Assembly (NCBI GenBank): GCA_964521295.1 | Contig: CAZFRF010000001.1 | Span: 270,146-334,145, forward strand | Source of the DNA: an uncultured Gammaproteobacteria bacterium | Lineage (GTDB): Bacteria > Patescibacteriota > Microgenomatia > Levybacterales > UBA12049 | Direction: 5' to 3' | Length of the DNA: 64,000 bases | Part shown: positions 1-11,681 of the stretch, piece after piece | Numbering within the stretch: position 1 is the first letter of the stretch | Layout of the letters: each line of letters begins with the position of its first letter | Notes under the pieces: model-generated | The model's input: the letters and a program-made list of their open reading frames with translations, nothing else | The model's database searches: none | What the model was told of the DNA's origin: nothing | Translations under genes and position numbers: made by a program

Positions 1-3000
1 ATTGCCATTACTGATCATGGCAATATGTACGGTGTTATTAATTTTTATAAAACCTGCGTCGCAGAAGGCATAAAACCAATCATAGGAGCAGAAATTTACA
101 TAGCCAAGAGATCTATGCACGACAAAGAAGCAGGAATTGATGGGGATTCAAATCATTTAGTACTCCTTGCCAAAAATCTAAATGGTTATAAAAATCTTAT
201 GAAAATTATTTCAGCCGCAGGACTTGAAGGCTACTATTACAAGCCTAGGACAGATTTAGATCTACTTGCAAAATATAGTAAAGATTTAATTTGTTTAAGT
301 GCCTGTGTCAATGGTTTTGTTTCTGACCCTCTTCTCCATGGAAAAGAAAAGTTGGCCGAAGAAAGAGCTCAAAAATTAAATGAGATTTTTGGTCAAGGTA
401 ATTTTTACTTAGAGCTACAAAAACATATCCATGTTCCAGATCAAGAAATTTTAAATCCAAAGCTTGCAGCTTTAGGCAAAAAATTAGGAATTCCTTTAGT
501 TGCAACAAACGATAACCATTACACCAAACCTGATGATGCTGAGGCTCAAGAAGCTTTACTATGTATCCAAACTCAATCAACACTAGATACTCCTGGTAGG
601 AAATTATCTATGATCGACTCCCCTGATTTCTATATCAAAAGTCCAGAAGAAATGACTGGACTTTTTGTCGATTATCCAGAAGCAATTGAGAATACAGTCA
701 AAATTGCTGACATGTGTAACGTGGAAATAACTTTAGGCAAATGGATCATGCCTATCTTTGAAGTTCCAGGCGGAAAAACTGCAGCTGACTATATGAAAGA
801 AAAAGTAGATGAGGGACTTATTAAAAGATATGGTGAAATAACAGCAGAAATTGCTGAAAGACGTGATTACGAATTATCAATTATTTTGGGTAAAGGGTAT
901 GAAACCTATATTCTAATCGTTGCTGACTTTGTTAACTGGGCAAAATCTAACGGTATTACAGTTGGTCCAGGAAGAGGATCGAATGCTGGCTCAATTGTTT
1001 CTTACGCCCTATCAATCTCAGATATTGATCCTTTATTTTTCAAATTACCATTTGAAAGGTTCTTAAATCCTATGCGTCCTTCCCCACCTGATATAGATTT
1101 AGATTTTGCAGACAACAGAAGAGACGAAGTTATTGAATACGTAAGGAGTAAGTATGGACGCGACAAGGTTGCTCAAATTATTACTTTTGGAACGATGGAG
1201 GCAAGAGGCTCTGTTAGAGATATTGGAAGAGTTCTGGGTTACCCATACGCTGTCCCAGATAGAATTTCAAAAATGATACCACCAGGCTGGCAGGGCCATG
1301 CTATGACGATTGATAAAGCTCTAGAACAAAGTCCTGGGCTTAAAATCGCCTACACGATGGAAGACGAAACAAAAAGAATGCTTGATCTTGCTAGGAAAGT
1401 AGAAGGAGTTGCAAGACATGCATCTGTTCATGCAGCAGGTGTTGTTATTGCTGATAAGGATATTACTGAATATACACCGCTTCAAAGAGAAACAAATGGT
1501 GAAAAAATTATTTCTCAATACGATATGTATAGCATTGGTGAAGATGGAGTAGGACTTTTAAAAATCGATTTTTTAGGGTTAAGAAACTTAACTATTATTC
1601 AAGAAGCTTTAAAATTTATTCAAGCCAATCAAAACATTGAAGTTGATTTTTCAAAAATCTCTTTTGAAGATAAAAAAACCTATGAACTACTCGCATCAGG
1701 TGAAACAACCGGAATTTTCCAGCTTGAATCGGCTGGAATGCGAAGATATATTAAAGAATTAAAACCTACCACTATTTTTGACCTTCAAGCAATGGTCGCC
1801 TTATACAGACCTGGCCCTATGGCTAATATCCCAGAATTTATTAAACGAAAAAATAATCCCAAATTAATCACTTATCCTGACCCAAGACTTGAAGACATTC
1901 TCAAAGAATCATATGGAATTATTACCTTCCAAGACGACATGCTCCTAACTGCTATCAAAGTTGCCGGATACTCCTGGTTAACAGCAGATAAGCTTAGAAA
2001 AGCTGTGGGTAAAAAAATTCCTGCTGAAATGAGAAAACAACATGAGAGCTTTGTTGCAGGCTGTGTTGAAAATGGAATGAAAAAAGATAAAGCAGAAAAC
2101 CTTTGGACTCTATTTGAACCATTCGCAGGCTATGGTTTTGGCAAAGCTCATGCTGCTTGCTATGCAACTATTGCCTTTAGAACAGCCTATCTTAAAGCAC
2201 ACTACCCAGTAGAATTTATGACAGCCCTGCTTACTGCTGAATCAAGAGGCACAACTGGACCGGTTAAAAATGAAAAAATTTCTCAAGCAGTTGCTGAGTG
2301 TAAAAGATTAAAAATTGAAGTATTACCACCTGATATCAATAAATCTGAGGATGAATTCTCTATCGAAGATAATACTAAAATTCGTTTCGGTCTATCAGCG
2401 GTTAAAAATGTAGGCGAGGCTGCAATTTCAAACATAATTGAAAATCGATCTAAAGGCCTATTTAAAAGTTTTGAAGATTTCTGCAATCGAGTAGATCTTT
2501 CTACTATTAATAAAAAGACTGTTGAAAGCATAATTAAGGCTGGTGGAATGGATTCATTCGGCAAAAGAGCGAAGCTTTTGATTGATTATCCAGAAATTGT
2601 CGAAAAAGCCAATAAAAAGAAAAAGAAAGACACAGGTGGACAGGCAAGTCTTTTTGGTGATGATGACATGCCAGCTATAAAAACAGTAGCTAATTTAGAT
2701 ATTGATGATTTTTCTGAAAATGAAAAATTAAGTTTTGAAAAAGAATTCCTAGGTTTTTATTTAACAGCTCATCCGCAAATGGGTAACTTGCTTAAAATTA
2801 AAGAAAAGATTACGCACGAAATTCAAGCCTTAGAGGAAGAAAAACAAAACGCTAATGTAATTATAGGAGGCATTATTGAAACAGTCAGAAAAATCTTTAC
2901 CAAAAAATCTAATAAAGAAATGGCATTCATAACCATTGCTGATGAAAATGGAACTCTTATGGAATGCGTAGTTTTTCCCAAAATATTCGATTTATATAAA

Positions 3001-3114
3001 AATACTCTAGTTAAGGAAAATGTAATCCTTATTTCAGGAAAAGTTGACTCAAAAAATGATAAACCAGTAATAATTGTCGAGAAAATATCTAATTTTACTA
3101 GTTTAGCTTCTTGA
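1..3114 (+). CDS. dnaE: DNA polymerase III alpha subunit (5'-truncated by window edge)
   Basis: Frame is open from base 1 (IAITDHGNMYG, PHP domain). Motifs GPGRGS, FERFLNP, PDIDLDF, SVHAAGVV, KIDFLGLRNL and GKAHAACY; C-terminal OB fold. Confidence 0.98.
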   Translation: MAITDHGNMYGVINFYKTCVAEGIKPIIGAEIYIAKRSMHDKEAGIDGDSNHLVLLAKNLNGYKNLMKIISAAGLEGYYYKPRTDLDLLAKYSKDLICLSACVNGFVSDPLLHGKEKLAEERAQKLNEIFGQGNFYLELQKHIHVPDQEILNPKLAALGKKLGIPLVATNDNHYTKPDDAEAQEALLCIQTQSTLDTPGRKLSMIDSPDFYIKSPEEMTGLFVDYPEAIENTVKIADMCNVEITLGKWIMPIFEVPGGKTAADYMKEKVDEGLIKRYGEITAEIAERRDYELSIILGKGYETYILIVADFVNWAKSNGITVGPGRGSNAGSIVSYALSISDIDPLFFKLPFERFLNPMRPSPPDIDLDFADNRRDEVIEYVRSKYGRDKVAQIITFGTMEARGSVRDIGRVLGYPYAVPDRISKMIPPGWQGHAMTIDKALEQSPGLKIAYTMEDETKRMLDLARKVEGVARHASVHAAGVVIADKDITEYTPLQRETNGEKIISQYDMYSIGEDGVGLLKIDFLGLRNLTIIQEALKFIQANQNIEVDFSKISFEDKKTYELLASGETTGIFQLESAGMRRYIKELKPTTIFDLQAMVALYRPGPMANIPEFIKRKNNPKLITYPDPRLEDILKESYGIITFQDDMLLTAIKVAGYSWLTADKLRKAVGKKIPAEMRKQHESFVAGCVENGMKKDKAENLWTLFEPFAGYGFGKAHAACYATIAFRTAYLKAHYPVEFMTALLTAESRGTTGPVKNEKISQAVAECKRLKIEVLPPDINKSEDEFSIEDNTKIRFGLSAVKNVGEAAISNIIENRSKGLFKSFEDFCNRVDLSTINKKTVESIIKAGGMDSFGKRAKLLIDYPEIVEKANKKKKKDTGGQASLFGDDDMPAIKTVANLDIDDFSENEKLSFEKEFLGFYLTAHPQMGNLLKIKEKITHEIQALEEEKQNANVIIGGIIETVRKIFTKKSNKEMAFITIADENGTLMECVVFPKIFDLYKNTLVKENVILISGKVDSKNDKPVIIVEKISNFTSLAS

Positions 3115-3139
3115 CGCAAGGCTATTTTATTCGTAAAAT
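3111..3139 (+). promoter_or_regulatory. sigma70-type promoter of atp operon
   Basis: TTGACG(3111-3116)-17 nt-TAAAAT(3134-3139), 6 nt before atpB ATG. The -35 box overlaps the dnaE TGA stop. Confidence 0.75.
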
Positions 3140-3145
3140 ATAAGC

Positions 3146-3877
3146 ATGGTTTCATTCGCAGCAGAACCTATTATTCGTTTGGGCAATTTTGCTATAACTA
3201 ATACATTTTTGGATATGTTATTAGTTGACGCTATTATCATTGGCATTATTGCCTTAACTAGAAAAAAACTAGCTCTTATTCCTTCTAAGCTACAAATGTT
3301 TGTTGAAATATTAATCAGCGAATTCTATAGCATTACTGAGTCAGTTGCGGGAAAAAACAGCAATAAGATTTTTCCTTATTTTATGACTTTTTTCTTATTT
3401 ATCTTAATTGCCAACTGGACAGGTCTTATTCCAGGACTTACAGCAATTGGGCTTAAGCATGAAGAAGAAATAATTCCTTTCCTAAGACCATTAACTAGTG
3501 ATTTTAATGGAACCTTGGGTCTTGCTATAGTTTCAGCTGTTGCCACCCATGTCATGGCAATTCAAACTGTTGGTATAAGAGATTATTTGAGTAGATATTT
3601 ATCGTTTAATCCTTTATACTTATTCATTGGTACTCTGGAAATCATTTCTGAGCTCACTAAAATAGTTTCTCTATCCTTTAGACTGTTCGGAAATGTTTAC
3701 GCAGGAGAAGTAGTTATGCATACAGTTTCATCAATTTTTGCTTTTATATTCCCCCTTCCTTTCCTTTCTTTGGAATTTATTGTTGGACTTGTCCAAGCAT
3801 TAGTATTTTCTATGTTGACGATGGCATTTATGGCGATTTTAACAACGCCCCATCATGCTGAGGAGGTGAGTCATTAA
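3146..3877 (+). CDS. atpB: ATP synthase Fo subunit a
   Basis: Hydrophobic; SLSFRLFGN with the essential Arg; first gene of the atp operon. Confidence 0.97.
   Translation: MVSFAAEPIIRLGNFAITNTFLDMLLVDAIIIGIIALTRKKLALIPSKLQMFVEILISEFYSITESVAGKNSNKIFPYFMTFFLFILIANWTGLIPGLTAIGLKHEEEIIPFLRPLTSDFNGTLGLAIVSAVATHVMAIQTVGIRDYLSRYLSFNPLYLFIGTLEIISELTKIVSLSFRLFGNVYAGEVVMHTVSSIFAFIFPLPFLSLEFIVGLVQALVFSMLTMAFMAILTTPHHAEEVSH
3861..3869 (+). promoter_or_regulatory. Strong Shine-Dalgarno for atpE
   Basis: AGGAGGTGA 7 nt before atpE ATG, inside the atpB coding sequence. Confidence 0.8.
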
Positions 3878-4083
3878 TGAATTTTAGTATCTCTGGAGGA
3901 TTAATTGTAGCACTTGGAGGTATTTTGCCAGCTTTAAGCATTGGTCTTATTGGAGCAAAAGCTATGGAAGCGATTGGTAGAAATCCAGAAGCATCTGGAA
4001 AAATTTTACCAGCTATGCTTTTAGGAATGGCATTTGCAGAAGCTATTGCAATTTACTCTTTAATTCTAGCTTTTACAAAATAA
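3877..4083 (+). CDS. atpE: ATP synthase Fo subunit c
   Basis: Two helices, GRNPEA loop, AFAEAIAIY with the carrier Glu. Confidence 0.98.
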   Translation: MNFSISGGLIVALGGILPALSIGLIGAKAMEAIGRNPEASGKILPAMLLGMAFAEAIAIYSLILAFTK

Positions 4084-4092
4084 CAATAAAAT

Positions 4093-4596
4093 ATGGAAAT
4101 ATTACATAACTTTGGATTTGATTTACCAATGTTGGTAGCTCAAATCATAAACTTTCTTGTTATATTTTTTGTTCTGAAGAAGTTTTTATACAAACCTGTC
4201 ATGAACATGATGAAAACAAGAGAAGACAAAATAAACCAAGGTTTAAAACAAGCTGAAGAAGCTAGTGTTAAGCTGGAAAAAGCACTTGAAGAAGAGAAAA
4301 AAATTCTCTCTAAGGCGCAGGACGAAAGCCGCAAGTTAATTGAGGAAGCTAGAGCTGAGGCTTTGTCATTGAGTTCACAAATGGAAGAAAACGCAAGAAT
4401 TCAAACTCAAAAAATGCTTGATGACGCACGAGCTCAAATGACTCAAGAATCAGAAGAAATAGAAAAGAAAATTTCTCAAAAAGTCAGTGAGCTTGCGGTG
4501 GAAATGCTTTCCAACTCTCTTAAGGGTGTATTTACAGAAAAAGATCAAAAAGCATTTTTAGATAAAGCTTTAAAGAAAGTAAAGAAAACCAACTAA
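4093..4596 (+). CDS. atpF: ATP synthase Fo subunit b
   Basis: AQIINF TM helix, KFLYKP, long coiled coil. Confidence 0.96.
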   Translation: MEILHNFGFDLPMLVAQIINFLVIFFVLKKFLYKPVMNMMKTREDKINQGLKQAEEASVKLEKALEEEKKILSKAQDESRKLIEEARAEALSLSSQMEENARIQTQKMLDDARAQMTQESEEIEKKISQKVSELAVEMLSNSLKGVFTEKDQKAFLDKALKKVKKTN

Positions 4597-4940
4597 TGAA
4601 ATTAAGTGAAATTAAAAAATTAGCTCAAGCAAGTTATAAGAAAAATGAATTAAATGAAGAGATTGTCCTAAAAATTGCCAAGAACTTAACAAGAAGCGAA
4701 CTAAGACAATATATTAAAGAACTAAAGCTAATTGAGGCTAAAAACACAGTTAAAGTTTTTGTCTCTTCAAAATCTAGAGCTTTAGAAGTAGAATTAAGAA
4801 AGATTTTTAATTCTAAAAAAGTCGAGTTTACAGAAGACAAAAATTTAATAGCTGGAATTAAGATAGTAGATTTTGATAAAATCTATGAGGTGAATTTAAA
4901 AAATACCTTAGATTCAATGGTTGAATATATAAATAAATAA
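4596..4940 (+). CDS. atpH: ATP synthase delta subunit (short form)
   Basis: Position between atpF and atpA; C-terminal [10 protein letters not shown] motif; only 114 aa. Confidence 0.85.
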   Translation: MKLSEIKKLAQASYKKNELNEEIVLKIAKNLTRSELRQYIKELKLIEAKNTVKVFVSSKSRALEVELRKIFNSKKVEFTEDKNLIAGIKIVDFDKIYEVNLKNTLDSMVEYINK

Positions 4941-4941
4941 T

Positions 4942-6465
4942 ATGAAAACAAGCGATCAAATCTTACAACAATTAGAAAAAAAGCTAGCAAGCTTTGACCA
5001 ACAGATTGGCTCAAAAAATGTCGGTATAGTTGAAAAAAATACTGACGGCGTTATTGTTGCAACTGGTCTCTCAGAAGCTCAAATGGGAGAATTGGTCGAA
5101 TTTGAAAACAAAAGTAAGGGCGTTATTTTAAACCTAGATCAAGATAATGTTTCGATTATCCACTTAGATAAGGCAACTAACATTAAGGAGGGAGATACTG
5201 TAAAAAGAACCGAAAGGCTTTTGAGTATTGAGGTATCAGAAGAACTTTTCGGCAGAGTTATCAATCCACTTGGGGCTCCACTTGATGGTAAACCAGCAAT
5301 CAAAAAAGGCAAATTTATGCCACTTGAGCGAATTGCAGCTGGAGTTGTTGAAAGAGAGCCAGTTACTTCCCCGCTTAAAACTGGAATTAAAGCTATTGAT
5401 GCTATGATTCCAATCGGAAGAGGTCAAAGAGAATTAATTATCGGCGACAGAGGTACAGGTAAAACAGCTGTTGCAATTGACACAATAATTAACCAAAAAT
5501 CTACACATAAAAATAAAAATGTAAGACCTGTTTTCTGTATTTATGTAGCAATTGGTCAAAAACAAAGCACTATTGCTCAAGTTGTTGAAAAGCTTAAGGA
5601 AACCGGTGCACTTGACTATACAATCGTTGTAGCAGCATCTGCATCTGATCCAGCAGCACTTCTCTACCTTGCTCCATATGCAGGAGTTTCAATTGCAGAA
5701 TACTTCATGGAAAAAGGCCAAGATGTTTTAGTTGTTTATGACGATTTAACTAAACATGCTTGGGCGTACAGACAAATTACCTTAGTTTTGAAAAGACCTG
5801 CAGGCCGTGAAGCCTATCCAGGAGATATTTTCTACCTTCACAGTAGACTCTTAGAAAGAGCTGTTAAGTTGAATAAGGAAAATGGCGGTGGATCCATTAC
5901 AGCCTTACCTATTATTGAAACTCAGGCCAATGATTTAAGTGCCTACATTCCAACCAATGTTATCTCAATTACTGATGGACAAATCTTCTTTCTAACTGAC
6001 CTTTTCTATAGCGGTATTAGACCAGCTATTGATGCAGGAAATTCAGTTTCAAGAGTCGGTGGAGCTGCGCAAACTGGAACAATTAAATCCGTTGCAGGCA
6101 AAATGAGACTCGAACTTGCACAATACAATAACTTAGCAGCCTTTGCTCAATTTGGAAGCGATTTAGACGAGGCAACAGCCAAGCAGTTAGATCGCGGCAA
6201 GAAAACAATTGAACTTTTAAAACAACCACAATATCAACCTTTATCTGAAGCTTTGGAATATTTAAGTATTTACCTTGCTGCTAATGGTCTATTAGACGAT
6301 ATTTCCTTAGAAAACGTTTTAAGATTTGAATCAGAATATCATGATTATATGACCAGAAAAAATCCAAAGATTTTAGAAGAACTCTCAACCGGTACAAAAC
6401 CAAATGAAGAACTTCTTAAAAAGTTAGAAAAATCTGTTACAGAATTTAAAAAGATGTTCAAATAA
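4942..6465 (+). CDS. atpA: ATP synthase F1 alpha
   Basis: [37 protein letters not shown]. Confidence 0.99.
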   Translation: MKTSDQILQQLEKKLASFDQQIGSKNVGIVEKNTDGVIVATGLSEAQMGELVEFENKSKGVILNLDQDNVSIIHLDKATNIKEGDTVKRTERLLSIEVSEELFGRVINPLGAPLDGKPAIKKGKFMPLERIAAGVVEREPVTSPLKTGIKAIDAMIPIGRGQRELIIGDRGTGKTAVAIDTIINQKSTHKNKNVRPVFCIYVAIGQKQSTIAQVVEKLKETGALDYTIVVAASASDPAALLYLAPYAGVSIAEYFMEKGQDVLVVYDDLTKHAWAYRQITLVLKRPAGREAYPGDIFYLHSRLLERAVKLNKENGGGSITALPIIETQANDLSAYIPTNVISITDGQIFFLTDLFYSGIRPAIDAGNSVSRVGGAAQTGTIKSVAGKMRLELAQYNNLAAFAQFGSDLDEATAKQLDRGKKTIELLKQPQYQPLSEALEYLSIYLAANGLLDDISLENVLRFESEYHDYMTRKNPKILEELSTGTKPNEELLKKLEKSVTEFKKMFK

Positions 6466-6468
6466 ACT

Positions 6469-8703
<2,235 letters not shown>

Positions 8704-8704
<1 letters not shown>

Positions 8705-9120
8705 TGAAACTAACTCTTGAAGTAATAACTCCAGCTAAAATAGTTCTTTCTGAGGAAGTTGATGAAATTACAGTTAGCACTACTAACGGTGAAATTAGTA
8801 TTCTTCCAAATCATATTGATTTATTAACTAAACTTGTACCTGGAGAGATGGTAATTAGAACAGGTTCAAAAATGCAAAGCTTTGCTGTTACCGGTGGCTT
8901 CCTAGAAGTCTCTAAGAATAAGGTTACTATTCTAGCTGACTATGCAGTCAGAGCAACTGAAATTGAAGTTGCTAGGGCACGTGAAGCCCAAGAGAGGGCA
9001 GAAAAAATAATGAAGAACAAAGAAGACAATAAAGAATTTATTATTGCAGAAGCGGAGCTTAGAAAGGCACTTCTAGAATTAAAAGTTGCGAATAAACATA
9101 GAACCAAATCCACTTCGTAA
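8704..9120 (+). CDS. atpC: ATP synthase F1 epsilon
   Basis: LEVITP, GEISILPNH, GGFLEV, C-terminal helical hairpin. Confidence 0.97.
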
Positions 9121-9122
9121 AT

Positions 9123-9151
9123 TTGCTCTTTGCCTCTTAATTTCATAAAAT
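9123..9151 (+). promoter_or_regulatory. Promoter for tRNA-Thr
   Basis: TTGCTC-17 nt-TAAAAT, ending 8 nt before the mature tRNA 5' end. Confidence 0.6.
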
Positions 9152-9159
9152 ATACCCAA

Positions 9160-9231
9160 GCCGAAGTAACTCAGTGGTAGAGTAGCTCTTTCGTAAAGAG
9201 CAAGCCGTGAGTTCAAGTCTCACCTTCGGCT
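9160..9231 (+). tRNA. tRNA-Thr(CGT)
   Basis: Cloverleaf: GCCGAAG/CTTCGGC acceptor, ACTC/GAGT D-stem, GCTCT-TTCGTAA-AGAGC anticodon arm, GTGAG-TTCAAGT-CTCAC T-arm, discriminator T. CCA not encoded. Confidence 0.95.
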
Positions 9232-9236
9232 CAAAT

Positions 9237-9791
9237 ATGGAAGATAAGCAAATTTTTAAAGGTACTACAGAAAAGAATCTAGAACTTATAATTAGGTATC
9301 CAGTTAAATCGGATGTAGAAATTATGCTTAATTATATAAATACTCTATCTGATGAACGTACATTTATTACCTATCAGGGAGAACATGAAACCTTAGAATC
9401 TGAAACAAGATTTCTCGAAGAAAAACTTAAAAATATCGAAAACAAATCTGAGATCTTTTTACTTGCCTTCTCCGGAGATCAACTCGCTGGCATTACTTGG
9501 ATAGGAATGAGCAAAAAAACAGCCAAACACGTAGGCATATTAGGCATCTCGGTTGCCAAACAATTTAGAAATAAAGGAGTCGGAAAACAATTAATGACTA
9601 CAGTAATTGAAGAGGCAACAAAACAAATCTCAAGACTTGAAATTATTACCCTAGAGGTATATTCTAAAAATCTAGTTGCCCTTGAGCTATATAATGAATT
9701 TGGATTTATTGAATACGGCAATTTACCTAATGGCGTAAAACGAGAAGATGAATATGATAACGCTATATTTATGTATAAAAAAATAAAATGA
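9237..9791 (+). CDS. GNAT family N-acetyltransferase
   Basis: GISVAKQFRNKGVGKQL acetyl-CoA motif, N..ALELY..FGF. The ORF-track start (9207) lies inside the tRNA, so ATG 9237 is used. Confidence 0.92.
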   Translation: MEDKQIFKGTTEKNLELIIRYPVKSDVEIMLNYINTLSDERTFITYQGEHETLESETRFLEEKLKNIENKSEIFLLAFSGDQLAGITWIGMSKKTAKHVGILGISVAKQFRNKGVGKQLMTTVIEEATKQISRLEIITLEVYSKNLVALELYNEFGFIEYGNLPNGVKREDEYDNAIFMYKKIK

Positions 9792-10498
9792 GAAGACGAT
9801 CAAGATTATCAAGCTCACAAGAAAAAAAGAACAAAAAAACTATAATTTTTAGCATAATAGGCATCTTAATTATTGTTATCATCATGTATAAATTTGGCGT
9901 TGAAGCATTAATCAACTTCAGTCTCTTCTTAGGAGGCGGAAAAGACTCTCAAGCAACAACCAACACCAAGCAAATCGACTATGTTTCCCCTCCCATAATC
10001 AACTCCCTTCCTTCAGCTACAAATAGCGCATCAATAATAATTACAGGCTCTGCAAAAAAAGGACAAACAATTGAGCTTTATATCAACAGGACTAAAAAAG
10101 CTACAATGACTAAAATTGATAAGGATGGATTCGAATTTACCCAAGATCTAAAAAAAGGTGAAAATCTAATTCAAGTTAAAGCCAAAGAAGAAGATAAGGA
10201 AAGTGATTTTTCTAACTTTTACACTGTTAACTTTCAAAATGAACCACCCAAGCTTGAACTATCCTCACCCGCGGATGGAGATTCATTTCACAGAGAAGAT
10301 AAATCAGCCAATGTAAGAGGTCAAACAGATGCCGGAGTAACTGTTACAGTCAATGGATTTTTTGCGGTAATTGATGAAAGTAATAATTTTTCTTATACAC
10401 TCCCCCTTCACGATGGAGACAATGATATTCAAATAATTGCCCAAGATCAAGCAGGTAATAAAACAGAAAAGAAAATTAGAGTTAACTATTCTCAGTAA
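9788..10498 (+). CDS. Membrane-anchored protein with two Ig-like (beta-sandwich) domains
   Basis: Basic N-terminus plus one TM helix; repeats LKKGENLIQVKA / LHDGDNDIQIIAQDQAGN. Confidence 0.75.
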   Translation: MRRRSRLSSSQEKKNKKTIIFSIIGILIIVIIMYKFGVEALINFSLFLGGGKDSQATTNTKQIDYVSPPIINSLPSATNSASIIITGSAKKGQTIELYINRTKKATMTKIDKDGFEFTQDLKKGENLIQVKAKEEDKESDFSNFYTVNFQNEPPKLELSSPADGDSFHREDKSANVRGQTDAGVTVTVNGFFAVIDESNNFSYTLPLHDGDNDIQIIAQDQAGNKTEKKIRVNYSQ

Positions 10499-11675
10499 TT
10501 CCAATATATATCCATAAAAACTGCATTATATATACATAAAATAGACTATTAATAAATTGACTATTTGCAATTAAACCAACGATTATCGCAACTACAACTA
10601 CGGCCATCTTATTATTTCTTTTTATTTTTGTTAACGCAAAAATCTTTGACAATAAAAATAAATAAATAGTAAGCCCAATTAAACCGGTCGTCGCAATTAC
10701 AAAAAGAAAGCTATTATCCGTACCCGCACCGGCATGCGTTGTCTCCCACTTAGCGTCATTTACTATTCCGTAATCAAACATCACATATCTAAATGCATTA
10801 AAACCTACACCATAAATTAAATTTTGATCAATTATCTTAAGTGCTGCCTTAGCCGAATCAAGCCTAGCTTCTGAGGAAGCTATTCTAAATAAATTTGTGC
10901 CTTCGGTTTGAAAAGATTTAGGTGAAAAAATAGCTAATATTATTAACAAAAACGTAAACAAAACAAGTAATCTTTTTTTGCCAATTAAAATTAAATAAGC
11001 AACCAAAGAAACAACTAACATAACCAAGGCACTTCTGGAAAAGGTTAAGTATATTTCAATGAAATTAAGGGTTAATAATGAAAAGAGCAATACAATCTTT
11101 ATGTAACTTTTACTTTTATATATTTCAAACAGTAAATTTAGTAAAAAGATAAAAGTAATAACCAAAAAAGCCCCTGCGAAATTTGGATCCAAAAATGAGC
11201 CGAATAATCTGTATAAATGCTCATCCCAACCAAGGTAGTATAAATTTCTTAAGCTTTGATAAAAGTTATACTGTATAAGACCAAACCCCAAAATAACCGT
11301 TATAGGTATTAATAAAAAATATTTTATTCTTTTTACAAATTCTTTATCGAAACTACCTATTATGAAATATACTGAAGCATAAAGTATCCAACGAACTAAA
11401 TATAAAGACGAAACAAAAAGTGAATCAATGTCTAGTCTATAAGCATTTAACGCTAATGAAATAATACAGACAGCAATAAACAGCAGTATGGGTTTAGTAA
11501 GATAATATTTTTTAAAACTAATCTTTTTGTTTTGAAAAATGACCCATGTAAATAAATTTGTTAATAATAAAATGTCATTAAGCGTAAATGCAATTGATCC
11601 AAGTTGAATCCTTCCAATTTCTGCAATTGGGAAAATTAATAAACTAATTAAAAAGGAAAATTTTAATAAACCCAT
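10482..11675 (-). CDS. O-antigen ligase / Wzy-like membrane protein
   Basis: RLFGSFLDPNFAG, LTFSRSA, GVGFNAF motifs; multiple TM helices. Confidence 0.85.
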   Translation of the reverse strand: MGLLKFSFLISLLIFPIAEIGRIQLGSIAFTLNDILLLTNLFTWVIFQNKKISFKKYYLTKPILLFIAVCIISLALNAYRLDIDSLFVSSLYLVRWILYASVYFIIGSFDKEFVKRIKYFLLIPITVILGFGLIQYNFYQSLRNLYYLGWDEHLYRLFGSFLDPNFAGAFLVITFIFLLNLLFEIYKSKSYIKIVLLFSLLTLNFIEIYLTFSRSALVMLVVSLVAYLILIGKKRLLVLFTFLLIILAIFSPKSFQTEGTNLFRIASSEARLDSAKAALKIIDQNLIYGVGFNAFRYVMFDYGIVNDAKWETTHAGAGTDNSFLFVIATTGLIGLTIYLFLLSKIFALTKIKRNNKMAVVVVAIIVGLIANSQFINSLFYVYIMQFLWIYIGITENS

Positions 11676-11681
11676 ATTTTA

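Noticed and set aside
9207-9236. ORF-track N-terminal extension of the GNAT gene
   Set aside because: It overlaps the tRNA-Thr T-arm and acceptor stem; ATG 9237 is the plausible start.
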